Shown: one piece after another, positions 12,536 through 24,253 of the stretch
How positions within the stretch are numbered: position 1 is the stretch's first letter
How the letters are laid out: each line of letters starts with the position of its first letter
Source: Squalus acanthias
Taxonomy: Eukaryota
DNA length: 64,000 nucleotides
NCBI GenBank assembly: GCA_030390025.1
Contig: JASTWF010000362.1
Coordinates: forward strand, 124,001 to 188,000
Reading direction: 5' to 3'
Position numbers and translations under genes: made by a program
The notes under the pieces: generated by a model
Databases searched by the model: none
What the model saw: the letters and a program-made list of their open reading frames with translations, nothing else
Told to the model about the DNA's origin: nothing

Positions 12536-13150
12536 CATAGAAGCATAGAAAAATAGGAGCAGGAGTAGGCCATTCAGCCCTTTGAGCCTGCTCCGCCATT
12601 CAATATGATCGTGGCTGATCCTCTATCTCAATACCATATTCCCACTCTCTCCCCATACCCCTTGATGCCTTTTGTGTCTAGAAATCTATCTATCTCCTTC
12701 TTAAATATATTCAGTGACTTGGCCTCCACAGCCTTCTGTGGTAGAGAATTCCACAGGTTCACCACCCTCTGAGTGAAGAAATTTCTCCTCGTCTCAGGCC
12801 TAAATGTCCTCTCCTGAGCCGGCAGCAAGGACAGGCGCCCGGAGCCAACAGGGTCCTTCTTTACATACGCATGCTGCGACCCGATGACATCATTGAGACC
12901 TGACTGTAATTAGAACATAAGAACATAAGAAATAGGAGCAGGAGTCAGCTATTCGGCCCTTCGAGCCTGCTCCACCGTTCAATAAGATCATGGCTGATCC
13001 TCTAACTCATCTCCACTTTCCTGCACTATCCCCATATCCCTTGATTTCCTTAATATTCAAAAATCTATCGATCTCTGTCTTGAATATACTCAATGACTGA
13101 GCCTCCACAGCCCTCTGGGGTGGAGAATTCCAAAGATTCACAACCCTCAG
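12536..13150 (-). mobile_element. two CR1 3' fragments (12536-12815, 12912-13150)
   Basis: RRNFFTQRVVNLWNSLPQKAVEA remnants and (ttcttatg)n tails on the minus strand. Confidence 0.75.
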
Positions 13151-13303
13151 GCCTGATTTTAACTCAGGCCTGAGTGGGGGATCCACCCTGGAGTTAAAAT
13201 TGGGACCGAGGGAGCCAGAGATGGGGGCTGGGGGGACAGGGAGACAGACGTAAACTAATGTAGCTCAGCTGTGTTTTACTAGGTATTCGGTCTCCATTGG
13301 AGG

Positions 13304-13588
13304 TCGGGTTGCCAACCCTCCAGGATTGTCTTGGAGTCTCCAGGAATGAAAGGTTAATCTCCGGAGAGACCGTTACCAGCAACACCCGGGAGAAAAATCA
13401 TCGGGACGTTAAAAAGAATAAAATTGTGTGTCTCTTTTTTTCATTTTCTTTGAACACTTTAGTTTGTTAGTTTAAAAAAATATTGGAAATGGGGAAAAAA
13501 GAAGCTGTTTGACTGGGTGTGCGGCTGGAACCAAGAGGTCATGTAATGAAATCTCCAGGAAGACGGCCAACCAGAGTTGGCAACTCCT
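13304..13588. mobile_element. hAT-like MITE (GGGTTGCCAAC termini)
   Basis: Inverted termini gggttgccaac / gttggcaactcct. Internally similar, in opposite orientation, to 17555-17943. Confidence 0.6.
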
Positions 13589-13784
13589 CACTAGAAGTGC
13601 TCCGGCTGTCGTCAAAAGCTGTTGGAAGACAGAGAAACAGGAACAGCGCAGGAGTGAGAAATTCTCGAATAATCTGCTGCCGTCTTACCCAACACCTGCT
13701 AAAGGGAGAACCAGTCCCTGAGAGGCCAGAGTCGAGGACCCTCACTGAGTCTCATCAATTATAAAACAAGTTGAGGAACCCACT

Positions 13785-15020
13785 CAACAACAACAACAAA
13801 TTGCATCCATATAGCATCTTTTTAACGTAGTAAAACGTCCCAAGGCGCTTCACAAGAGCGATTATCAAACACAATTTGACACCGAGCCACATAAGGAAAT
13901 ATTAAGACAGGTGACTAAAAGCTTGGCCAAAGAGGTAGGTTTTAAGGAGGGTTTTAAAGGAGAGCGAGGTGGAGAGGTTTAGGGAGGGAATTCCAGAGCT
14001 TAGGGCCCAGGCAGCCGAAGGCACGGCCGCCAACAGTGGCGCGATTATAATCGGGGATGCTCAAGAGGCCAGAATTAGAGGAGCGCAGAGATCTCGGAGG
14101 GTTGTGGGGCTGGAGGAGGTTACAGAGATAGGGAGGGTTGTGGGGCTGGAGGAGGTTACAGAGATAGGGAGGGTTGTGGGGCTGGAGGAGGTTACAGAGA
14201 TAGGGAGGGTTGTGGGGCTGGAGGAGGTTACAGAGATAGGGAGGGTTGTGGGGCTGGAGGAGGTTACAGAGATAGGGAGGGTTGTGGGGCTGGAGGAGGT
14301 TACAGAGATAGGGAGGGTTGTGGGGCTGGAGGAGGTTACAGAGATAGGGAGGGTTGTGGGGCTGGAGGAGGTTACAGAGATAGGGAGGGTTGTGGGGCTG
14401 GAGGAGGTTACAGAGATAGGGAGGGTTGTGGGGCTGGAGGAGGTTACAGAGATCTCGGAGGGTTGTGGGGCTGGAGGAGGTTACAGAGATAGGGAGGGTT
14501 GTGGGGCTGGAGGAGGTTACAGAGATAGGGAGGGGTGTAGGGGCTGGAGGAGGTTACAGAGATAGGGAGGGTTGTAGGGGCTGGAGGAGGTTACAGAGAT
14601 AGGGAGGGTTGTGGGGCTGGAGGAGGTTACAGAGAGAGGGAGGGTTGTGGGGCTGGAGGAGGTTACGGAGAGAGGGAGGGTTGTGGGGCTGGAGGAGGTT
14701 ACAGAGATAGGGAGGGGTGTGGGGCTGGAGGAGGTTACGGAGAGAGGGAGGGTTGTGGGGCTGGAGGAGGTTACAGAGATAGGGAGGGTTGTGGGGCTGG
14801 AGGAGGTTACAGAGATAGGGAGGGTTGTGGGGCTGGAGGAGGTTACAGAGATAGGGAGGGTGGGGGCTGGAGGAGGTTACAGAGATAGGGAGGGTTGTGG
14901 GGCTGGAGGAGGTTACAGAGATAGGGAGGGTTGTGGGGCTGGAGGAGGTTACAGAGATAGGGAGGGGGGCGAGGCCATGGGGCGATTTGAACACGAGGAT
15001 GAGAATTTTAAAATTGAGGT
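13785..15020 (-). mobile_element. L2-clade LINE 3' fragment hosting a minisatellite
   Basis: NFKILILVFKS.HGLAP remnant and (ttg)n tail on the minus strand. Confidence 0.8.
14096..14965. repeat. 36-bp G-rich minisatellite, ~24 copies
   Basis: Unit ggagggttgtggggctggaggaggttacagagatag. Confidence 0.95.
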
Positions 15021-15418
15021 GTGGCTGGAAATCTCGGTGAAAATTGTCACAGGTGCGAGCCGTGGTTTTAGGCCTCGGCCCCGAACTGGGGAGCACGACT
15101 CTGATCTTCCTGCTTCTGAGTCACCTTACCTTTCATGTCATGCAGCAAGTTCAGTGTCAGCAGCTGCACTGTACACAGAGAACAACCGTCAGATAGATCT
15201 TGAATTGTCAACAGTCATGTATGTAAACAGACAGTTTTGGTTTCTTTATTGCGCTTCTGTCAATGAGGACAGCTGATTAGGGTTAGCTTGTGGTAGAATT
15301 ATGATTTCATTTCACGTGAGAACAATTGACCACTAATTTGACTGTTATCCCCACGCTACTTAGATTCTAGTGAGAAGTCGCACAACACCAGGTTATAGTC
15401 CAACAGTTTTATTTGAAA

Positions 15419-15456
15419 TCACAAGCTTTCGGAGCGGCTGCTCCTTCGTCAGGTGA
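15419..15456 (-). ncRNA. minimal type I hammerhead ribozyme (left arm)
   Basis: ucac-CUGACGA-a-ggagc/agcc/gcucc-GAAA-gc-UU-guga: core boxes, stem II, stem I and palindromic AAGCUU stem III. Confidence 0.75.
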
Positions 15457-16526
15457 AGTGAAGAAATACAAATGGGCACAGCATATATAGACAGAGAACA
15501 ATGCCTGTGCAGAGAACAATGCCAAATGACTACAGTTAATCTTTCTGACTGCCTTTATCACACCTCGGCAGAGAGACAATCACGGCAATCAAATACAACC
15601 AGGAAGACATTACATCAAAGACGATAGCAAAATACAACAAAGACAATGAGGTGGGGTCACAGGGGGTCTAATGGGGCAGAGGCTGCAGTCTGTATGGAAA
15701 ACCAAAAACTTTAAACTTTTTACTTTTTTTACTGGAAATCACATCTGTGAACAAGCCAACGACGACTCGAGTCTGGATGACTCTACGTCATGTAGCGTGA
15801 CATGAACCCAAGATCCCGGTTGAGGCCGTCCTCATGGGTGCGGAACTTGGCTATCAGTTTCTGCTCGATGATTTTGCGTTGTCGTGTGTCTCGAAGGCTG
15901 CCTTGGAGAACGCTTACCCGAAGATCCGAGGCTGAATGTGCTTGACTGCTGAAGTGTTCCCCGACTGGGAGGTAACACTCCTGCCTGGCGATTGTTACCT
16001 CCCAGTCGGGGAACACTTCAGCAGTCAAGGACATTCAGCCTCGGATCTGCAGGTTAGCGTTCTCCAAGGCGGCCTTCGAGACACACGACAACGCAAAATC
16101 ATCGAGCAGAAACTGATAGCCAAGTTCTACACCCATGAGGACGGCCTCAACCGGGATCTTGGGTTCATGTCACGCTACATGTAACCCCACCTGACGTAGA
16201 GTCATCCAGACTCGAGTCGTCGTTGGTTTGTTCACAGATGTGATTTCCAGTAAAAAAGGTTAAAAGTTTAAAGTTTTTGGTTTTCCATACAGACTGCAGC
16301 ATCTGCCACATTAGACCCCCTGTGACCCCACCTCATTGTCTTTGTTGTATTTTGCTATCGTCTTTGATGTAATGTCTTCCTGGTTGGATTTGATTGCCGT
16401 GATTGTCTCTCTGCTGAAGTGTGATAAAGGGCAGTCAGAAAGATTAACTGTAGTCGTCTGGCATTGTTCTCTGCACAGGCATTGTTCTCTGTCTATATAT
16501 GCTGTGCCCATTTGTATTTCTTCACT

Positions 16527-16564
16527 TCACCTGACGAAGGAGCAGTCGCTCCGAAAGCTTGTGA
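16527..16564 (+). ncRNA. minimal type I hammerhead ribozyme (right arm)
   Basis: ucac-CUGACGA-a-ggagc/aguc/gcucc-GAAA-gc-UU-guga. Confidence 0.75.
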
Positions 16565-16680
16565 TTTCAAATAAAACTGTTGGACTATAACCTGGTGTTG
16601 TGCGACTTCTCACTTTTGTCCACCCCAGTCCAACACCGGCATCTCCGCATCATACTTAGATTCTAGATTGACATAGTAAG

Positions 16681-17014
16681 AGAGAAAGAAAGACTTGCAT
16701 TTCTATAGCGCCTTTCACCATCTCAGGACGTCCCAAAGCGCTTTACAGCCAATGAAGTACTTTTTGAAGTGTAGTCACTGTCGTAATGTAGGGAAACGCA
16801 GCAGCCAATTTGCACTCAGCAAGGTTCCACAAACAGCAGTGTGATAAATGACCAGATAATCTGTTTTAGCTGTCGGTTGAGGGGAATATATTGGCCAGGA
16901 CACCGGGGAAAACTCCCTGTAGAGTGCTGTGGGATCTTTTACATCCACCTGGGAGGAGAGACTGGGCATCGGTTTAACATCTCATCCAAAAGACGGCACC
17001 TCCCACAGTGCCAC

Positions 17015-17045
<31 letters not shown>

Positions 17046-17060
17046 ACTGAGCCACAGCTG
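16681..17060 (-). mobile_element. DeuSINE
   Basis: Same consensus as the other copies, internally deleted. Confidence 0.75.
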
Positions 17061-17134
17061 AGAGATGTGTAACGGGCGGCTGATCCAATATTGCCCGTTT
17101 TACACTACCGCCCAACGTCAAAATGGCCTGTAGC

Positions 17135-17480
17135 CCTATCTCTGTCACCTCCTCCAGCCCTGGCTAAAAACCACTGAGATCTCTGCCCTCCTCCAGTTCT
17201 GGCCTCTTGAGCATCCCCAATTTTAATTGATCCACCATTGGCGGCCGTGCCTTCAGCTGTCCAGGTCCCAAGCTCTGGAATTCCCTCCCTGCACCTCTCC
17301 CTCTCGCCACCCCTCTCTCCTCCTTAAAACCTACCTCTTTGACCAAGCTTTTGGTCAACCTGTCCTAATATCATTTTACGTGGCTTGGTGTCAAATTTTG
17401 TTTGATAATCGCTCCTGTGAAGCACCATGGGACGTTTTACTACGTTAAAGGAGCTCTATAAATACAAGCTGTTGTTGTTT
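17135..17480 (+). mobile_element. L2 LINE 3' fragment
   Basis: STIGGRAFSC.GPKLWNSLP remnant plus tail. Confidence 0.75.
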
Positions 17481-17554
17481 ACATGTGCTGACTGTAGTGC
17501 TTTGCCTCCAATGGCACAGGAAGCTGGCACTCTGTGTTTCTGGAGGTGCCAAGG

Positions 17555-17943
17555 TAGGAGTTGCCAACTCTGGTTGGACGTATTCCTGGAGATTTCATCA
17601 CATGACCTACTGCCTCCAACCGCCCCGCCCCCACATTCCCGCCATTGGTCGCCCGACACGTCCATCCTCACGGCGACCCGCCTTCCCACACCAATCGGAA
17701 AGCAAACAGACTCTACATTACCTGACGGGATGATTTTTGACTTTCAGTCAAACAGCACTTTCTTCCCATCACAGATATTTTTATTACTAATAACCAAAGT
17801 GTTCATAGAAATAGTTTTTAAAAGCACAATTTTTTAATGCCCCCTCTGATATTTCTCCCGGGTGCTGCTCGCACCAGTGACCAGGAGATTAGTTTTTAAT
17901 TCCTGGAGACTCCAGGGCAATCCTGGAGCAGTTGGCAACTCTC
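17555..17943. mobile_element. hAT-like MITE
   Basis: Termini taggagttgccaactc / gttggcaactctc, with 8-bp TSD tgccaagg (17547-17554) / cgccaagg (17944-17951). Confidence 0.7.
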
Positions 17944-18112
17944 CGCCAAGGCTGCCTCATTTACATCGAAGACGTGGTTGCCAGGGGCAGCCGCTGTAAT
18001 ATAAATGCAGCTTAAGCAATGCGGTAGACTCTCTAGCACCACCTTGTAATTCTTGCTGTCATTGCACCCGTTTTAAATTAGGTTGTTAAAAGAGTCCTGT
18101 GGAAACAGAAGA

Positions 18113-19645
18113 TTCATCGAATCATAGAATAGTACAGCACAGGAGGAAGCCATTTGGCCCATCGAGTCTACGCTGACTCTTTCGAAGAGCAATCCGGTTA
18201 GTCCCACTCCCCCCGCTCTTTCCCCATATCCCTGCAATTTTTTCTCCTTCAAGTATTTATCAAATCCCCTTTTGAAGGCGACTATTGAATCTGTATCCAC
18301 CGCCCTATCAGGCAGCGCATTCCAAATCCTAACCACTCATAGAGTCATAACGGCACAGAAGGAGGCCATTCGGCCCATCGAGTCCGTGCCGGCTCTCTGT
18401 AGAGCAATCCAGTCAGTCCCATTCCCCCGCTCTATCCCCGTAGCCCTGCGAGTTTATTTCCCTCAAGTGCCTATCCAGTCTCCCCTTGAAAACATTGAGT
18501 GTCTCCGCTTCCACCACTTCCGTCAGCAGCGAATTCCAGGTCATTACCACTCGCTGCGTAAAAAAAGTTTTTCTCACATCCCCCCTGTATCTCTTGCCCA
18601 AAACCTTAAATCTGTGTCCCCTAGTCCTTGTACCATCAACTAGTGGGAATAGCCTTTCCCCGTCTAGCCTATCCAAACCCGTCATAATCTTGTACACCTC
18701 TATCAAATCACCCCTCAACCTCCTTTGCTCTAAAGAAAACAAATCCAGCTTCTCCAACCTGTCCTTGTAGCTAAGATCCCCCATCCCCGGAACCATTCTG
18801 GTAAATCTCCTCTGCACCCTCTCAAGGGCCTTCACATCCTTCCTAAAGTGTGGTGACCAGAACTGGACGCAATACTCCAGTTGTGACCTAACCAGCGCTT
18901 TATAAAGGTTCAGCATAACTTCTCTACTTTTGTACTCAATACCTCTATTTATGAAACCCAAGATCCCATATGCTTTGCTAACCACTCTCTCAATATGTCC
19001 TGCCATCTTCAGGGACCTATGCACATTAACTCCGAGGTCCCTCTGTCCCTGCACACTCTTTAAAACTGTGCCATTAAGTGTATATTGCCTCTCCCTGTTC
19101 CTTCTGCCAAAATGCACCACCTCACACTGCTCTGTATTAAATTCCATCTGCCACTTGCCTGCCCATTCTGCTAGCCTTTCTATATCCTGTTGCAGTCGAT
19201 TGGTATCATCCTCACTGTTTGCCACACCCCCAAGTTTAGTGTAATCGGCAAATTTAGAAATTCTACTTTGTATAACTCGTTGTGTTGAAAAGTTTTTCCC
19301 CATGTCGCCTCTGGTTCTTTTGCCAATCACCTTAAATCTGTGCCCTCTGGTTAGCGACCCTTCGGCCACTGGAAACAGTTTCTCTTTATTTACTCTATCT
19401 AAAGCCTTCATGATTTTAAACACCTCTATCAAATCGCCTCTTAGCCTTCTCTGCTCCAAGGAGAACAACCCCAGCTTCTCCAGTCTGTCCACGTAACTGT
19501 ACGCCCTCATCCCTGGAACCATTCTAGTAAATCTCTTCTATACCTCTCCAAAGCCTTCATGTCCTTCCTAAAGTGTGGTGACCAGAATTGGACCCAACAC
19601 TCCAGCCAGGGCCGAACTAGTGTTTTATATCGGTTTAGCATAACA
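18113..19645 (-). mobile_element. CR1 3' fragment with a second CR1 (18339-19274) nested in it
   Basis: TSD actc at 18335-18338 and 19275-19278. The RT remnants are joined in frame (ORF 18413-19522). Confidence 0.85.
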
Positions 19646-20224
19646 GGGGAACTGTCTGTGTATATTTAGTGCATAAATCACTCGGCTCCTCACAGAGAGG
19701 GAAATACTGTCCAGTGCTGAATGTGAAGCTGGCCTCTAATAACACCAATTAATGTGTAACTTTGCCATTGAGCTAAACTGACCTGTCAAATTCTTTGCAA
19801 TCTATTTCATTATTATTTAGTGGATTCAATGTATTACTTCTTTTATCAAAGTTCTTCCTTTCCATAATTGGGATTCCTCCAATATTAATTCTGAATATTA
19901 AGAGGCAGCGACACACACAACTGCAGTAGTTGTACTTTTAAAAATTGCAATCTGCAAACTAAAAATAAAGATTTTATTCTGACCAGTGATCAGTAGCTGA
20001 TCGGAGCCACCGTTCCCAGGCTGGGACCTCATTACGAAAACAAGTTAGCTTGTGTGGTTAATAATTAATGATATTTAATGGTTAATAATTTGTTTTACAG
20101 TGAGAGGTTACATATGTTGGGACCACAGCTGCTATGGGCCAGCAAGGAAGGAGCTGACTAAAGATGAAAGTCTACTGCCCTGTTCCTATTTTTACTAATT
20201 ATGGAAAGTTGAGGAAAATAAATC

Positions 20225-21090
20225 ATGAGAATGAGGAGAGGCAAAATAAACTAAATGGAACAATTTTAAAGGAGGTGCAGAAACAGAGAGACCTGGAGGC
20301 TTACATACGCAAGTCTTTGAAGGTGGCAGGGCAAGTTGATAAAGCTATTTAAAAAAAATATGGGAACTTGGGCTTTATAAATAGAGGTATAGTGTACAAA
20401 AGCAAGGAAGTTATGCTAAACCTTTATACATCACTGGCTAGGCTTCAGCTGGAGTATTGTGTCCAATTCTGGGCACCATGCTTTAGGAAGGATGTCAAGG
20501 CCTTGGAGAGGGTGCAGAGGAGATTTATTAGAATGGTACCAGGGATGAGGGACTTCAGTTACATGGAGAGACTAGAGAGGCTGGGATTGTACTCCTTAGG
20601 GCAGAGGTTAAAGGGAGATTTACTGGAGGTGTTCAAAATCCTAAGGGGTTTTGATAGAGTAGATAGGAAGAAACTGATTCCACTGGCGGGAGGGTCGGTA
20701 AACAGAGGACACAAATTTAAGATAATTGGTAAAAGCACCAGTGGGAAGAGGAGGAGAAATGTTTTACTAAGCGAGTCAATGGGGATTGGGTGGGAAAGTG
20801 GAGTTGAGGTGGAAGATCAGCCCTGATCTTATTGAATGGGGGAGCAGGCTCGAGGGGGTCGTATGGCCGACTCCTGCTCCTAATTCTTATGTTGTGATCT
20901 GGAACGCACTACCTGAAAGGGGTGGTGGAAGCAGATTCAAGAGGAACTTTAAAAAAGGAATTGGATAAATGCTTAGAAAGCGAAAATTTGCAGGGCTAGG
21001 GGGAAAGAGCAGGGTGGGGGATTAATTCTTTCAAAGAGCCGGCACAGGCACGATGGGCCGAACAGCCTCCTGCTGTGCTGCCAGATTCTA
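20225..21090 (+). mobile_element. CR1 3' fragment with a short nested CR1 tail (~20777-20891)
   Basis: GFINRGIVYKSKEVMLNLY..LEYCVQFWAP..ALERVQRR remnant. Confidence 0.8.
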
Positions 21091-21174
21091 CAATGAAATA
21101 AATGCTCGGAGTGCCAGGACTATAAAGTGACTTTCTGGGGTCCAGAGCCACCACTCTGGGTCAAACTTTGCTCC

Positions 21175-21325
21175 GCTGCCCTGCCCCGGCCCGGCCCCGC
21201 CCCCTCGCCGGTGATTGGCGCGCCCCTCGCCCATTCGCAGCGGCCGGAGGCGCAGGCGGCGTGGGATTGGGCGCAGGATGTAGCGAGTGAGCCAATGAGC
21301 GGCTCTCCCTGCAGTCGCTACATTG
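21175..21325 (+). promoter_or_regulatory. CpG-rich UCK1 promoter with GC box and three CCAAT boxes
   Basis: Local CpG island. CCCCGCCCC at 21195-21203, ATTGG at 21214-21218 and 21266-21270, CCAAT at 21292-21296, all directly upstream of the UCK1 ATG. Confidence 0.8.
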
Positions 21326-21406
21326 ATGGAGGCGGGCGCAGGCGTGCAGGTGAAGCGGCGCTCACCTTTCCTGGTCGGAGTCAGCGGGGGGACATGTTGC
21401 GGTAAA
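21326..21406 (+). CDS. UCK1: uridine-cytidine kinase 1, coding exon 1
   Basis: MEAGAGVQVKRRSPFLVGVSGGTCCGK matches the UCK PFLIGVSGGTASGK P-loop. In-frame TGA upstream (21296), donor AAA|gtatgg, phase 0. Confidence 0.9.
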
Positions 21407-21889
21407 GTATGGCGACAAAGTCTTCCGATCATTCTCACAGCAAACCGCACTGCTTTCTGACTCTGCAGCCCAGCTCAGGGGAGGGGAGAGGGCATCCTGC
21501 GCACTCTGATACTTCACCCGCTGGCTTCACTGGCAGGAGCTGGAGCTTGCCTTGGCATTCTGCCCACTTGCCTGCCAATGGTCCCAGGGCACAAACAGCG
21601 GTCAGCTTTCCGATGCTGCTTAAACTCCTTGCACAGCTTGAAGCCTTGGCTGTTACGATCCTGTGCCAGCCGTGCTCAGTGGGTAGCACTCTCCCCACTG
21701 AGTCAGAGACTTGAGCACAAAAATCTGCCACCCTGTTGCTATCCTGTGCTTAAACCACTCAGTGGAAACTAATTTTGTTGACTTCTCCAATGGTTTAGTT
21801 TAGATATTCTGAAGTGTGGTAACAATCTGACCCCCTCACCCCCAAAAAAGTTGTGTACACAGCTGGAGTAAATATTGCTTATCTGTTTA

Positions 21890-23330
21890 TACGTGTCCTA
21901 ACTCTCGCCAAGTCCCGCTCACCCATCTCCTCAGTGCTCGCGGACATACATTGACTTTCAGTTAATGCCTCGATTTTAAAATTCTCATCCTTGTTTTCAA
22001 ATCCCTCCATGGCCTCGCCCTTCCCTATCTCTGTAACCACCTCCAGCCCTATAATCCCCCTAGACTTTGGGTGAGGGGACTAAATGTAACATTTCCAAAT
22101 TTGCTGATGATACAAAGCTAGGTGGCAGTGTCAGTTGTGAAGAGGCTTCAGGGGGATCTCGACAGGCTCAGTGAGTGGGCGAGAACATGGCAGATGGAAT
22201 ATAATGTGGATCAATGTGAAGTTATCCACTTTGGTAGAAAAAACAGAAAGGCAGAGTATTTCCTAAATGGTGACAGATTGGGGAAAGTAGATGCTCAAAG
22301 GGACCTGGGTGTCCTTGTACATGAGTCACTGAAAGTGAATATGTAGGTGCAGCAAGCCATTAGGAAGGCAAATGGTATGCTGGCCTTCATTACAAGAGGA
22401 TTTGAGTACAGGAGTAAAGAAGTCTTACTCCAATTATATAGGGCCTTGGTGAGACCACACCAATTGTACTGTGTACAATTTTGGTTTCTTACCTAAGGAA
22501 GGATATACTTGCCATAGAGGGAGTGCAACAAAGGTTCACGAGATTGATTCCTGGGATGGCGGGACTGTTGTATGAGAAGAGATTGAGTAAACTAGGCCTG
22601 TATGCTCTTGAATTCAGAAGAATGAGAGGGGATCTCATTGAAGCATACAAAATTATTACAGGGCTTGATAGGGTGGATGCTGGGAGAATGTTTCTCTTGG
22701 CTGGGGAGTCTAGAACCAGGGGCCACAGCCTCAAGATAAAGGGTAGGCCATTCAGGACTGAGATGAGAAGAAATTTCTTCGCACAGAGGGTGGTGAATCT
22801 TTGGAATTCTCTACCCCAGAGGGCTGTGGAGGCTCAGTCATTGGGTATATTCAAAACAGAAGTCGATAGATTTCTGACTAGTAAGGGCATGAAGGGATAT
22901 GGCGATAGGGCCGGTGAATGGAGTTGAGGCAGAAGATTAGCCATGGTCTCATTGAATGGCGGAGCAGGCTCAAAGGGCCGAATGGCCTACTGCTGCTCCT
23001 ATTTCTTATGTTCTTAGACCTCTGTGCTCCGCCTATTCTGGCCTTTTGGACATCCCCAATTTTCTTCACTCCACCATTGGCGGCCGTGCCTTCAGCTGCC
23101 TGGGTCCTAAGCTCTGGAATTTCCTCCCTAAACCTCTCCGCCTCTCTTTCATCCTTTTAAGACGCTCCTTCCTTAAAACCTGCCTCTTCGACCAAGCTTT
23201 TGGTCATCTGCCCTAACATATGAATCGGTGTCAAATTTTGTTTCTTTTGGATAAAGCTCCTGTGAAGCGCCTTGGGATGTTTTATTACGTTAAAGGCACT
23301 ATATAAATATAAGATGTTGTTGTTATTTAA
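21890..23330 (+). mobile_element. L2 3' fragment interrupted by CR1 (22066-23014) in UCK1 intron 1
   Basis: L2 sequence resumes after TSD tagac (22061-22065 / 23015-23019). The insert encodes [10 protein letters not shown] to the end of ORF2. Confidence 0.85.
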
Positions 23331-24093
23331 CAGCCCTTTATCTTTACACTGCTGCTGTAACGCAATGGATTTCTTGTACTGGCCTGAAGAAATGCTTAGG
23401 AATGTCAAGATCAGATAAGAGTGAGATTCAAAGCTGACAGGCTCAGATATCATAAGCCACAAGAAAGATTAAGTAGTCTTATAACTGTCTTATGAACCCT
23501 AAAGATATGACTAAAGCTGACAACTATCACCCACTGCCAGTGGCAGTCACACCCATCAAGAGTGACGTGTCTGGCAATTCTAACCCCTCTGCTGTGCTTC
23601 TTAGCCCTGCCCAGTCTGCCTATTGTATCACTCTCCTTTGTGTATTTTTTACTTCTTCCTGTGCATGTACCCAAAGGAAAATATACAGATCTGTACCTGG
23701 GGAAGGGTGTAATGGCAGTTGGCGATATCATTTTTATTTCATCGGTCCTTGGAAACGCTTCAGCTTTAGTACACAACAAAAATAATTACTTGGAATGATT
23801 TATTTCTGTTAAAATTTATCCAGGACTCTCCACTGTTCAGTGAGTAGTTGGGTCATAGCTACTTGGAAGGACCCAGAATTACAAATGAATACGGTAATAT
23901 AAATTACAAGTGAATATGGTAATACTGATTTGTAACTTATCCTGACAACAGTAGAAGAATATTAGTACTTGCTATATAGAAGATTTTAGAGGGATGGATG
24001 GTGACTGAATTACGGGGAAATGTAATTTGTTTAGCACAAAATGAAACTAGAAAAAGCTGCAATCTCTTTAAACGTACACAATTTAATTGTCAG

Positions 24094-24253
24094 TCCACAG
24101 TATGCGAGAAGATAATGGAACACTTGGGCCAGAATAAGGTGGACAATCATCATTGTAGAGTGGTCATTCTGAGTCAGGACATATTCTACAAGATCCTTAC
24201 TCCTAATCAGCACGACAGGGCCCTTAAGGGACAGTACAATTTTGATCATCCAG
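24094..24253 (+). CDS. UCK1: UCK1 coding exon 2
   Basis: cag|[53 protein letters not shown]|gtaaat, 160 nt. The catalytic SQD Asp is retained. Confidence 0.95.

Larger units (their letters stand above)
15371..16652. mobile_element. fold-back Penelope-like element (inverted 3' ends/pLTRs with GIY-YIG C-terminal remnant)
   Basis: Arms 15369-15977 and 15993-16614 are reverse complements with a 15-nt spacer. TSD tacttagattctag at 15357-15370 and 16653-16666. Each arm encodes PVGEHF..H..DL..R..EQKLI..F.TH..GLN. Confidence 0.85.

Noticed and set aside
13969..15276. ORFs with VVGLEEVTEIGR repeats
   Set aside because: They are the 36-bp minisatellite read in frame, antisense to L2.
21409..21714. 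101-aa ORF starting with ATG right after the CpG island, as a candidate UCK1 start
   Set aside because: It lies in intron 1. The true exon 1 with the P-loop is 21326-21406.
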